This document shows, in pieces, positions 13,551 through 25,620 of a DNA stretch of 64,000 nt. The notes beneath the pieces were generated by a model. That model did not search any database. It saw nothing but the letters and a program-made list of their open reading frames with translations, and was not told where the DNA came from. A program made the position numbers and the translations under genes. The DNA is from the human T2T-CHM13v2.0 reference genome, Homo sapiens: assembly GCF_009914755.1 (NCBI RefSeq), contig NC_060926.1. One strand, given 5' to 3'. Numbering within the stretch: position 1 is the first letter of the stretch; the number at the start of each line of letters is the position of its first letter.

Positions 13551-13742
13551 GGTCAATATTATAAGCCTAGAAGATACTTGCTAAGAGATCATTCTACAGT
13601 TTTCCTGTGCACAGATTCTCCATAAAAACAGGGGCTCACACATGCGCACATGCACATACACACATACACTCATGCACTCCCTCACAAGCTGGTCCTGCAT
13701 CGCAGCCCCCATGTGGGTGGTCAGCCAGCAGGCAAAGGATAC

Positions 13743-13839
13743 ACGATCTTGTTCTGCAGACGATCATACTTGGAGAGCATCACTGTGCAAGCCCCGCAGC
13801 CCCCCTCTCCACAGCCGAGCTTGGTTCCACTCAGCCCCA
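13743..13839 (-). CDS. XDH: XDH coding exon 3 ([33 protein letters not shown]; Cys43/48/51)
   Basis: 97 nt; ferredoxin-type CxxGxCGAC motif; acceptor preceded by TCCTTAAC; donor GTATCCTTT. Confidence 0.98.
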
Positions 13840-14990
13840 CTGGGTGGTCAAGAGTTAAGGAGAATGAACTCAGCGAGAGGAGTCTGCTGGGTTGCTAGGA
13901 AATGCCTGGGCAGAGCTGTGGGCAGAGCCATTCATTCCCACACGTGCTCAGGCCCCTCAACCAAGGAAGGCAGCAGGCCCACTGGCCTCCTTATTCAGAG
14001 GGGCTGCACTGCACCCTAGGGAGGCAGGGAACACGGCCATCTCCACTGCACAGAAGAGCAAAGGCATCAGAACCCCATGGACAGCACCCAAGTAGCATCT
14101 CTTGGGACATGAGTTCTAGGACTGGTCAGTCCTAGAGCCTTCTCTTGGGTTGAGGTCTTCTATGTGTGAGCAGGTAAATCATACACCTGAGCATACGGGG
14201 CAGTTCTCACATCACTCCCAGCTGGGCACACCATGAAGCCACTTGGGCCAGAATGAGACATTGATCTGTTCTGGGACCTCTGAGTCCTTGCTTTTCACTC
14301 TGAACTTTTTGGGCTGATAAGTCCCCAAGAATCAAAATTAGGGCTAGACCAGAGGCTTTTGAATATTTGGTCCAAAAGATATGTGAATGGAAATTAAAAT
14401 AGAGTGGTTTTTTTAGGTCTGGGTCCAATATTGGGCCTCACTCTTACATATACTTGCAGAAAGATCATCTGCTACTTTGAGTTTTAAAAGTGCCTAACTG
14501 GTAAGCTATTCTAGAGAACAGCTATTGTGGAGGTCACTTTCCCTGAGTCACATGGCTGCTTCTCCCTCAGACCTGCAGGCCTCTAAGCCACCCACTACCT
14601 ACTGAAGATGGAGGGAACTGAGGATATAATCGCCTGGTCACTTCTCTCATTTTCAAGACAAAATTTAAAAACAATGATATAACATCTTATTTTTGAAAAG
14701 CACTTTCACCTAGATACCTGTTTGACCTCCAGAATGATTTGGTTAGCAGGTAGGAAAGAAACTTCCTCACAGATTTAAAAAAACAACAAACTGAGACCCA
14801 AGAGGTAACGTGGGCCACACAAGATGACACAGGAACACGTTACCCTGCCGGTGTGGCCCCATCACAGCCATCGGACTCCAGACTGGGTGAGCTCCCTTCA
14901 TCACGCTCCTTCCTCCCCAGCACACCTGGGAAGGTTTTCTGTGTCCTAGTCAGGATATATGCAGCTCTCAGCAGGTCAAACAACTTTGGG

Positions 14991-15034
14991 GGCACCTGAA
15001 GACGAATGGTGGCACCTGAAGATGAATGGTGGCA
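14991..15034. repeat. 20-bp tandem duplication
   Basis: GGCACCTGAAGAYGAATGGT x2.2. Confidence 0.9.
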
Positions 15035-15799
15035 GTACAAAGTCTAGCAAGGTCTTCTTCCAGCCTGGAGACCTTTCTGGAAGCTAGTGTAAAAGTCAAG
15101 GCTGGAGTTTTCTCCCCCATCTGGAACTCCCATAAATTGACTCTCAGCACAGATAGCCATAAGCTGCAAGGTCATCCTACTTATGTGCCAACTTTCAGTT
15201 TTGCATTTCATTTAAGATGTGACACAGCCAATTGCTGATAAGGAATTTCTGAGGCTTCTGGGCCTTCAAAACTACAATGGAAATGATTAAAAAATTAAAA
15301 TTTGTTTTATTATTAGAAAGCTAAAATTGATCTCAATAATCTCTGAGAATGAGCTTCTCTTCCCAGACCTCCCAGGTAGATGGGCTGTAAATGGAGTTCC
15401 ATGCAATCACCTGATCCGATCTAGTGACACTTTCACTCCCCAGCACCACCAGGTTTATCTTCTGTGAACCTCCAGATACACCCACTTAAGGTAAAAAATC
15501 CAGAACAAAGTACACCAAAGCCAACCACTGTACTGTCTGATAGGAGGGGAGCAAACCAGAGTGAAAGCATGGGCTCCAGTCTCACTTCTGTGCGTGTTAT
15601 AATAATCTTTGCTGTCCCCAAATATGTCACTGGAAAGACCCACTAGACACCCCCGCTAGGAGAAGGAGGGTTTTGTTGACAGAGGTCAGGATGAGCACAG
15701 TCCTGCTCACAGGCCCCCTGGAGAGTTGCCAGTGCGGGTGAGAGGTTGGGAACACAGCTCTAGGCTTTGGTGCAGTCTCCATCACTATTTCCCCAGAAC

Positions 15800-15975
15800 A
15801 CACTAGCAAAAGGCAGGTCACTTCACATATCAAGGCCTCAGTTCCTCCTCTGTGAAAAGGGAGTGTTACGCTTCCATGGGATTCCTGTGGAGATTGAGGT
15901 GAGCTGCACAAATCACTTTGAATCCTGCCTGTATATAGGAAGTGCTCATTAAATATTAACTCCAATTATTATTAT
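15800..15975 (+). mobile_element. MIR fragment
   Basis: GCCTCAGTTCCTCCTCTGTGAAA core and AGTGCTCATTAAAT end. Confidence 0.6.
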
Positions 15976-16600
15976 CGTTTTAGTTCCAGGGTCCCAGAAT
16001 ACTTCCGATACTCAGAACTAAAGGTAAAGGGGCTTTTCCAGAAGCCCCACCCACACTGAGTGAAGAGCAGCACCCCAGTCTTTCTAAGGAGTCCCCCCAC
16101 CCTCCAGGGCTCCCTGTTTGCTGTTTCTACAATGAATGCTACCTGTATAGGATTCTTACCTCACGCATCCTTTTCCCAATAGACACATGTTCCCTTGCTT
16201 CCCTCCACCTAGGCAGAGCTGGAAACATTCCCCAGGAACTCCATTTATGTATTAAGCAAATGTCACCTAAGGAAGGCCCCCCTCTTCCCACAGAGGAATG
16301 ACCATGAAGCTCACCAAGGCTAATGAGGACCTTTCTACAGGCCCTGGATTAAACCTTGGCATTACTAGAGTCTTAGCGGGGAGACACCTCGAAGATCACC
16401 ACAAACAATCCTCTCATTCAGTAGCTGAGAATTTCAGATTACAGGTGCAACTAAAATGCAAGTGTCCCAAGTCCTAATCCAGTGCTCTTTCCTCCACACC
16501 TCAAGGCCACCCCACCAGTCACTAGGAAACAATGTAAGGCCTACAGAATCAGTCACCATTGCCCCCCTTCTCCGTCACTCCCACTCCAAAGTCAGGATAC

Positions 16601-16658
16601 ACTTTCTTCTCAGGTAGGCCAAAAGGGTTGTCTCTGGATCTGCATTTTTCTCCACCAC
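16601..16658 (-). CDS. XDH: XDH coding exon 2 (VVEKNADPETTLLAYLRRK/L)
   Basis: 58 nt; AG acceptor at 16659-16660; donor GTATCCTG at 16600 (U12-type); continues the frame from exon 1. Confidence 0.97.
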
Positions 16659-16770
16659 CTATTAAAATAAATGAAAGAAAAATATATCATAGGTATACTT
16701 AGTCATCTTTCTGCAATTAATTTCTTCCTTCAGTGTCTCACTCAATAATTTGTAGAGTTAGTAGGAAGTG

Positions 16771-17170
16771 TGATATAGTTTGCACTCTGCCCCTCTAAAT
16801 CTCATGTTTAATTGTAATCCCCAGTGTTGAAGGTGGGGCCTAGTGGGAAGCAATATGATCATGGGGGCAGATTTCTCATGAATGGCTTAGTGCCATCCCC
16901 TTAGTTGTGAATTAGTTGTCACGAGATATTTAAAAGTATGTGGCATCACCCCCTTCTCTCTCTCTCTTGCTCTTACTGGCCATGTGATGTGCCTGCTCCC
17001 ACTTTGCCTTCTGCCATGAGTAAAAACTCCTGGAGGCCTCCCCAGAAGCCAAGCACATGCTGGTGTCATGCTTGTACAGCCTGCAGAACTGTGAGCCAAC
17101 TAAATCTCTTTTCTTATAATTACCCAGCCTCAGGTGTTTCTTTATAGCAATGCATGAATGGCCTAATACA
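16771..17170 (+). mobile_element. MST-family MaLR solo LTR
   Basis: TGATATAGTTTG..CTAATACA; near-TSD AAGTG/ATGTG. Confidence 0.88.
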
Positions 17171-19383
17171 ATGTGCTAAATAGATCATGAAAACTAAGGT
17201 ATTTTTATGGCAACTCCATAAGAATGAACCTATAAACTACAGCCAGACAATGTATATACTCAAATCCTTAAATTCTAAAATTGTACCTCAATGCTCACCT
17301 TGGGACCCACCACAGAACATGCAGGCATTGCACCTTCCACGCTGGCTCGACCAAGGCCAAATCCCCTTCAAATAAAACCTGTCATCTCATTTCAACTGCT
17401 AGATCACACCTGTGAATTTCAGGGGCATCTGAGAGCATGGCATGCAGATCTCGGACTTTGCCTCTTTGAGTATACAATCTCAGATCCTGCATGTGACTGT
17501 GGAAGGCCATTCTGTTGGCCTGTGCTCAGAGCAGAGTGTTGGCATGTGATGCGTATTAGTCAACACTAATACATGTCAGAAATGAAAGAGAAATCTCAAA
17601 CCAAAGATCCATCACTAGGTTCAATAAGGTGGAAAAAGTGGTCTAGAAAGTGCGATGTCAGTTCCCACTGTGAATTGTCAAAGGAAATCTACAAAAACCG
17701 ATTTCAGTACTCTTCACACATTACCAAAGCTTAAAAGGGTGTATATTATTGGGATAATAAAGAGAAAGAATTCATGATAAGGTTTTCGTTGGAGGGAACT
17801 ATACTACCCACACCTTCCTAAAGGAGAAGGGGAGGAATATTTGCCTCCCACCTCAAACTTAGTGAGGGAGCTTGCTTTGTGCTACATAAAAATCTAACAT
17901 GCCACCTTTGCAGCATAGGGGAAGAGATAGGCTTAACAAGAAATTAATACCGACAATGACAAGTTTAAACTCCTCATTAAACTTAAGTTGGAGAGGTGGC
18001 TGTGCTGGGGTTGGTATACACTCCCGGAGCTTGGTAGAGCAGAGGATGTGGAAGTGTCGCCTATGGATGTAATGCAAGCCATTCATGAGATAAAAAGAGC
18101 TGGCTTGGAGGTCTTTAAATCATTTCCCAAAATACAGGATAGAGCATTCAATAAAGAGAGACTGTGTGGAGTGGACTTCCCCAAACTGGAGGCTGATGGA
18201 GAACAGCAGTCTGAGAAAAGTGCATCACTCATATCATGAGACATGCATGCAAATATTCCCTGTGGTGGCCCTTGAAGATCCTTGAAAGCCATCACAAGAA
18301 GAATGAAAGGTCAGCTCCAAACACCTAAAAGGCTCAGAAAGCCGGAAGCCATCTTACAATAGTACCAATTAAAGGAGAGCTTTCTTGCTATCCTCACCCC
18401 GCCGTCCTGAATTGAGACTGTTTGGCAACTTAAAAATAACCATAAGATTTTTTATTGACTAAGAGTAATAAAAAGTTCATGAAACTGCCAGAATTTGTCC
18501 TTTGAATAAAGTTTAAAGGAAAGTAGATGAAATTAATTTTCTTATGTGATTACACCCCATGAGTCCAGCTTATTCAATATCCTGGTTACAAATCATAGAA
18601 GTAATCATAAATGCACAAAATAGCAATCTTTATCACCTTTCTTGTAGACAACATTAAGAGCCTCTTAGCTTACTACCACATTGTTCATTTCTCCTGTACT
18701 GCAGTTCTGCTTTTATCACATCACATCAGTTCCCTGCTCAGTGCTTTTCATGACCACCCACATATTCAAGGTAACATCCAAGTTCCTTAGGCTGTCTTTC
18801 AAGGCCCTTTTCAATATATTCCCAATCTTCATTTTCAGCCTTTCTCCCTTCTACTTCCCTGCCAAGCTGGTCATCTTAGTGCACTAAAAATACATTTTAT
18901 ATCTTCTAATTCCTGTGCCTTTGACTATGCCATTCCTCTTCCACCTGCATTTTGACTTATCAGAAGACTTCAAACAATTTCTTCATAAAGGCTTTCCTTA
19001 TCACTCCAGCCACAAGTGGATTGCTATAGAGAATGACTGTGCCACTCTCAAGGTGTGACAGCAGGATTACCATGGTGCACTCCATTGAACACTCTCAACA
19101 GGATACCAATGGGTATCCCAAAGGAAAAACATTTTGTAGGGAAGTGAGTTAAGGAAATGTTGGGTTAAGCAGATTGCTCTGGTAAAACTTGAGCATCAAA
19201 AGAAATAACAGCCATAATGGGCTATAATACATTAAATACAATTAAAACCTATGAGTCCAAATAGAGTCAACAAACAAACAAATGGAAGATATGGAAAAGC
19301 TCTTCCTGGCAGAAGAATGTCATCTAATAAATATGATTGGCCATCTTGTAATCAACACAATTGATCCAGTTAAGAATCATCAA

Positions 19384-20142
19384 TGGAAATTAGTACAGCC
19401 ACTATGGAGAACAGTTTGAAGTTTCCCCCAAAAATTAAGAATGGAGCTACCATATGATCCAGCAATCCCACTGCTGGGTATATACACAAAAGAAAGGAAG
19501 TCAGTATATAAAACAGATACCTGCACTCCTATGTTTTTTGCAGCATTATTCACAACAGCCAACATTTGGAAGCAACCTAAGCGTCCGTGAACAGATGAAT
19601 GGATAAAGAAAATGTGGTACACATACACACTGGAGTGCTATTTAGCCATAAAAAAGAACGAGATCCTGTCATTTGCAACAACATGGATGGATGGAGCTGG
19701 AGGTCATTACGTTAAGTGAAATAAGTCAGGTACAGAAAGACAAACTTCACATGTTCTCACTGATTTGTGGGAGCTAAAAATCAAAACAATTGAACTCATG
19801 GAGATAGAGTAGAAGGATGGTATCAGAGGCTGGAAAGGGTAGTAGGGGGTAAGAGGAAAGTAGGGATGGCTAATAGGTACAAAAAAATAGAAAGAATGAA
19901 AAAGACCTAGTGTTGGATAACACAACAGAATAACTACAGTCAATAATAATTTAACTGTACATTTAAAAATAACTAAAAAAGTATAATTAGATCATTTGTA
20001 ACACAAAGGATAAATGCTTGAGGAGATGAATACCACATTTTCTATCATGTAATTATTACACATTGCATGCCTATATCAAAGTATCTCATGTACCCCATAA
20101 ATATGTAGATCTACTATGTACCCCCAAAAATTAAAAATTAAA
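19384..20142 (+). mobile_element. L1MA-like 3' end
   Basis: ORF2 C-terminal and 3' UTR motifs (ATATGATCCAGCAATCCCACT) with A-rich end. Confidence 0.82.
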
Positions 20143-20234
20143 GGTCTTTCCATCTCCCCTTCTTCTCTTTTCTTCTGGTTTTTATGTAAATGTTGCAATG
20201 AGCCATCAGTGACTATGAGATCAAGTGTAATACA

Positions 20235-21108
20235 GAACTCCTAAAACTCAACAACTATAAAACCCAATTCAAAAATGGGCAAAGGACTTGAATAGACATT
20301 TCTCCAAAGATCTACAAATGGCCAGCAAATAAATGAAAAGATGCTGAACATCACTAATCAGAACTATAATGAGATTTCACCTCATACCCATTAGGATAGC
20401 TATGATCAACGAACAAACAAATAAACAGAAAATAACTGTTTGCAAGGACGTGGAGAAACTGGAACACCTGTCCACTGTTGATGGGAATGCAAAATGATAC
20501 AGCCACTGTGGAAAAATAAGTAGGACAGTTCCACAAAAAAGTAAAAATAGAACCAGCATATGATCCAGCAATTCCACTTCTGGATTTATACCCAAAATAA
20601 TTGAAGTCAGGGTCTCAGATATTTATACACCTGAGTTCATGACAACGTTATTCACAGTAGCCAAACTGTGAAAGCAACCAAAATGTCCATCAATAGATGA
20701 ATGGATAAGCAAAATGTGATACATCCATACAATGGAATATTATTCAACCTGAGAAAGGAAGGAATTTTTGACATATGCTACAACATAGGTGAACATTATG
20801 CTAAATGAAATAAGCCAGTCACAAAAAGACATACTGTATGATTCCCCTTAAGTGAGGTAGTTTAGTCAAATTCATAGAGACAGAAAAAATGATGGTTTCC
20901 AGGGACTGGGAGAAAGGTAGAATAGGGAGTTATTATTTAGTAAATTTATAGAGTTTGTCTTAAAAGATGAAAGAAGTTATGGAGGTGGACGGTGATGATG
21001 GTTGCCCAATATTATGAATGTATGTAATACCACTGAACTGTACACATAAAAATGATTAAGATGGTAAATTTTATGTATTTTACCACAATAAAAATTATTT
21101 AAAAAAAG
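20235..21108 (+). mobile_element. L1MB-like 3' fragment
   Basis: AAAATGGGCAAAGGACTTGAATAGACATTTCTCCAAAG and L1M 3' UTR. Confidence 0.78.
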
Positions 21109-21696
21109 AATATCAATGGATACTCAAATTAGTGGGTGAAAATTTGATGAACAAGAATTTGTATCATTCCAAATTATCTTCTCACATAGCCTCTATTAAT
21201 TATAAAGGTAAAGAAAAGTTACCTTACAGTGAAGAAACGTGGTGGATAACACCTTAGCCAAGTCACCAAAGTTCGCATCACAAAAAAGACCCAAAAACTG
21301 ACGTTAAAAAAACAAACATAATGACAGAATGCAGTGAGAAAAACACATTACTTCTGTGGTATTCCTGCCCCCCAAATGCAGACTCTGAATCTAATTACAA
21401 GAAAGCATAATACAATTCAATGTGAGGAACATTCTAAAAAAAAACTGGCCTGTTCTTTTCAGAAACACCAATGTCATGAAAGGAAAGCTGAGGAGCTGTT
21501 CTAGATTAGAGGAGACTAAAGACATGGCAACCAACTGCAAGGCGTAATCTTGGATTCCGGGCTGGGGTTGGGGAGTTATAAATGCCAGTATTGGGAAAAT
21601 TGGAATACATTTGCATAAAGTTTATAGTATTACACCAAAGCTAAGTTTCTTGATTTCTATAAATGGACTACAGTTTTGTAAGAATATATTTATTCT

Positions 21697-21992
21697 GGCC
21701 AGGCGCGGTGGCTCACGCCTGTAATACCAGCACTTTGGGAGGCCGAGGTGGGTGGATCACAGGTCAGGAGTTCAACATCAGCCTGGCCAAGATGGTAGAA
21801 CCCCAACTCTACTAAAAATACAAAAACTTAGCCAGGCACGGTGGTGGGCGCCTGTAATCCCAGCTACTCAGGAGGCTGAGGCAGACAATTGCTTGAACCC
21901 AGGCGGCAAGGTTGCAGTGAGCCGAGATCGCGCCACTGCACTCCAGCCTGGGCGACACAGTGAAACCCTGTCTCAGGAAAAAAAAAAAAAAA
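21697..21992 (+). mobile_element. AluS in XDH intron 1
   Basis: Full dimer, poly(A), perfect 17-bp TSD AAGAATATATTTATTCT (21680-21696 / 21993-22009). Confidence 0.96.
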
Positions 21993-22644
21993 AAGAATAT
22001 ATTTATTCTTAGGATAAGAGCTAAAGGAACATGATGTCTGAAACTTACTGTCAAAAGGTTCAGAAATCTATCTTATACTATATATTCATTTATATTAATT
22101 ATGTACATTAATATATAGAATTATTTACGTACTTATAATACATACATGTGTATCTGTGTGTGTGTCCAGAGTGAGAAAGAGAGAATAATAAAGCAAATGT
22201 GGCAAAACATTAACAGTTGGTAAAGTACATAAAGGGTATTTAGTATTTCCTTGTATTCTTCTTGCAGTTTTTCTTTAAATATAAAATAATTGTAAAATAC
22301 AAAGTTAGAGAAGTAATTTATTTACTACAGGATTTCTCAAAGTTTTAAAAATTCATCCACTTATTCCATCCACACTAGTTGGACACCTACTGTATACCAT
22401 GCACTGTGCTAAGTGGTTTAAGAATATCCAAGAAGAGCATCTCATGCTGCTAGTTTTCTGTGAAATACATTTCAGAAGGTATTACTTTGTCTAATTATAA
22501 TCCATCTCTCTAACTAGTATATGGGCTCCAGAATGGCAAATGCCTGATCTTGGAGATCTTATTCCCCCAGTGCATATCCTGTTGTCTGAGGCCTCAGAAG
22601 GAGCTTGATAAATGTTGACTATATGGGGAGTGAGCAAGTGAATG

Positions 22645-22680
22645 ATGAGTAAGTGAGTGAGTGAGTGAGTGAGTGAGTGA
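22645..22680. repeat. (GAGT)n microsatellite
   Basis: Tandem GAGT units. Confidence 0.85.
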
Positions 22681-23078
22681 AAGTCACCGTGACGATCTCT
22701 GTAGCTGACACTCACTTCTTGTGGGGATCACTCCTGGACACCTTTGGCTGCACCCAACCTGCCAGATCCTCCCAGATTCTTCCAGGTGCCACAGTCTCAG
22801 CTAGACAGAGTGACTACTCAGAAAAGCTAGAATGCTGCCTTGCAAAAAGGCTGTCATTACAATAAAAATAAAATACTGGACAGCTCTTTCCCTTTGACTC
22901 TGACTCTAGAACAAAAGAAGATGTGAATGAAAACAATAGTCATCAAGGCTCATCACCACCACAGAAGGCCCTAGAGGTATTCGACTTCTTGCATCGAACA
23001 CCTTCTGCAGGACCCCATTTAGTGAAGCCAGAGTCCTGGACAGTGGTACAAAACAAGGAGAGGAGTAGGCTCACATTT

Positions 23079-23337
23079 AAAAACCAAACACTGCATGTTC
23101 TCACTCATAGGTAGGAATTGAACAATGAGAACACTTGGACACAGGAAGGGGAACATCACACACCGGGGCCTGTCGTGGGGTGGGGGGAGAGGGGAGGGAT
23201 AGCATTAGGAGATATACCTAATGTAAATGACGAGTTAATGGGTGCAGCAAACCAACATGGCACATGTGTACATATGTAACAAGCCTGCACGTTGTCCACA
23301 TGTACCCTAGAACTTAAAGTATAATAATAAAAAAAAA
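23079..23337 (+). mobile_element. Short 5'-truncated L1PA 3' end
   Basis: L1PA 3' UTR with G-rich tract, GTACCCTAGAACTTAAAGTATAAT and poly(A). Confidence 0.92.
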
Positions 23338-25318
23338 GAGTCACTAAGTTCTTACAGCTTCTTTGGTAACTACTTTGCACAATTCCTGTAACAAAAGGTC
23401 TAGAATATCTTCTGAATAAAAATGAGGACAACTTTCTCACAGCTGCCATTGTTTACCCAGGAATTCCCTTGCTTGGTCTTGTTTTTACAGCATTGCTTTC
23501 ACATAATTACTTTCTGCATTGCCCCTCTACCTTTCTTGCAGTTTCTGAAGATGCTACATCATTATAAATTACAAACATGGATATTCATCACAGAAACTGG
23601 CAGTAGTAGAAGCTTCTAGAAATAATAGGATTTGATGTGATGGTACCATCGAAAAATTTAAAATTACTCTCCTAAAGTGAAAGTAAAATGCAAGGGAAAA
23701 TAATTTTCCCCAAGCCAGATTTACCTTGAAATTCTTCTTTCTAGATTTAGTGCATAACAGCAAGCCATCCCTGAAGAAGAGCAGAAACTTATACTTTTAC
23801 AGGTTAACCAATGGTTTGGTTTAATAAATAATAAAACCTCAGAGTAAGACATGACCTTGGACGTCATTGAATCTAGCTGTTTACCCAATGTAAAAATTAC
23901 TAATAAAAATTCCAGAGATGGCTTTGTGTAAGTAGCTCTCCTAGAAAGCCAATTGCACAATGGTTTCCTAGATTTCTACAATGTAATTGCTGAAGGAAAG
24001 AAGTTGTTTGAAATGCTGGATGCAAAATCTTACACTTGAAAGCTTTGCCCTACTTCTTGGGTTGGTACCAGGTGCCAACCCTGAAAAGGATGCAGCTCAG
24101 AGAGGAAACTCTGAACCCAGAAGAACATGGCTGTCCCCATTCCCCAGCACTTCCCAAAGGCACCACTCAAAGAGAGTCCATCAATCTTTGGAGCACTGAC
24201 GTTGAAACAGTTCATGAAATTTCTTTTACAGTCACCCAAACACATCCTGGAAATTTAAGACCTAGGAGTCCAGTGAAGCACATTATTGTTCTTGAAAATT
24301 ATACCAAAAGTCACTCAAAATTACATCAAAAGTTTCTCAACTCAATGCAAAAATGCCAATATAGAAAGACAAATAAAATTGCCCTTCTTTGGGGGACACT
24401 TTGGGCACATTCATCACGCACAGTCCACACAGTAAGTTACAATGTGCAACTATGGGACTCTTTTACTATCCTTTTCATTCCTAAGTGGGAAGTTGAACAG
24501 GTATGAGCATCTCAGCAGTGTTGTAGGAGGGCAAATGGAGGCTAGTGACCATGTAATATGCTTGCCCCCTCTCTCTCTGCACCACATTAAAATTTGCAAA
24601 GATTCTCACTCTTGTCCAAGGGCTGGTACCCATGTCACCTTCCCTAAGTCCCTGTGTACCAATAAGGTAAATTCAAGTAGGTAACAGATTTGCAGCTTAC
24701 ATGTAGAACTCACTGTGTGTGGGTGGGGAGTGGGGGGAATGCAGGAGATGCCCTTTATGAAAAAAAAATTGTGGTTTGCCACAAGGTGTCAGTATATGTC
24801 ACCTCACAGTGAATCAGGACTGGCTGTTAAACCTATATATATAATATATTAGAATCAAAGGCTGCGTACATCTTATATCCTGATAAAAGCAGGAAAACAC
24901 ATTCCTGTTCCTTCTCTCTGTAAAGAGAGCAACGTAAATTTTAGGATATATTTGATTAAAGACAGAAATAGAAGTGTGGTGATGACCTCAAATCTCACCT
25001 AGAACTCAACTCCCCTTTCTCATTCTGTGCCAATCTCCACTACTGCAGAGAGTTGGCAGCTAGCTCACAGATGCCTCTCTGCTTGCCTCTCTCTCCCTCA
25101 TTCTTTGGCCTCTGAGTATCTTGTCTGTGCTCTAGCCCCGAGAAGGTCTTCTTCCCTAATGTTACCAAAATGCAGCGACACCTTTAAAGCGAGAGAGAGA
25201 AAGACAGAACAAGTAAGAGGGGACAGGAAAGACAGAGAACAAGATATGGCTCTGCCAGAGGACACATTTCCCCTCCCAGGGAGAAGGGACACAAAACCAA
25301 AGGTCAGCTCCTACTTAC

Positions 25319-25360
25319 CTTTCTGCCATTCACAAAGAAAACCAATTTGTCTGCTGTCAT
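25319..25360 (-). CDS. XDH: XDH coding exon 1 (MTADKLVFFVNGRK)
   Basis: ATG at 25360-25358; 42 nt matches the human XDH N-terminus; U2 donor AAG|GTAAGT at 25318. Confidence 0.98.
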
Positions 25361-25439
25361 TGTCACAGGTTGGGGTCCCCGAACTCCAGGTACCTCACTC
25401 CTAAGAGACACTGGCAGGTAGTTATCACTGCTCTGTGAC
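25361..25439 (-). other. XDH: XDH 5' UTR (approximate; no upstream ATG)
   Basis: Matches my recollection of the XDH mRNA 5' end; the exact TSS cannot be fixed from sequence alone. Confidence 0.7.
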
Positions 25440-25620
25440 CTGAAAGTTACGCCTCCCAATAAAATGAAATAAGGTCCACCAATGGGAGGGAACCAGCTCA
25501 GAGCTTCAGGGCATGAAGAGTTCTTGGCAAAAGCCACTGGTTTACATAATCAAGGAAGTGCAAACAATCACACACAGCAAATTACAATCTCCACACCTGT
25601 GTCAAAGAGCACAGGAAACT
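25440..25620 (-). promoter_or_regulatory. XDH: XDH proximal promoter (CpG-poor)
   Basis: Inverted CCAAT boxes at 25456-25460 and 25479-25483; AT-rich TATA-like TTTTAT near 25459-25464; TTATGTAA at 25542-25549; GGAAGT at 25554-25559; E-box CAGGTG at 25594-25599. Confidence 0.8.

Larger units (their letters stand above)
12024..13742 (-). other. XDH: XDH intron 3, U12-type GT-AG
   Basis: 5'ss GTATCCTTT; branch site ACCTTAAT at 12036-12043; no polypyrimidine tract before TAG. Confidence 0.9.
13840..16600 (-). other. XDH: XDH intron 2, U12-type GT-AG
   Basis: 5'ss GTATCCTG; branch site TCCTTAAC at 13854-13861, about 15 nt from the AG; weak polypyrimidine tract. Confidence 0.92.

Noticed and set aside
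24721-24737. G-quadruplex in intron 1
   Set aside because: Only three separable G3+ tracts
25304-25537. ORF extending the XDH N-terminus upstream
   Set aside because: It starts at a GTG upstream of the probable TSS, has no in-frame ATG, and runs through the exon 1 donor
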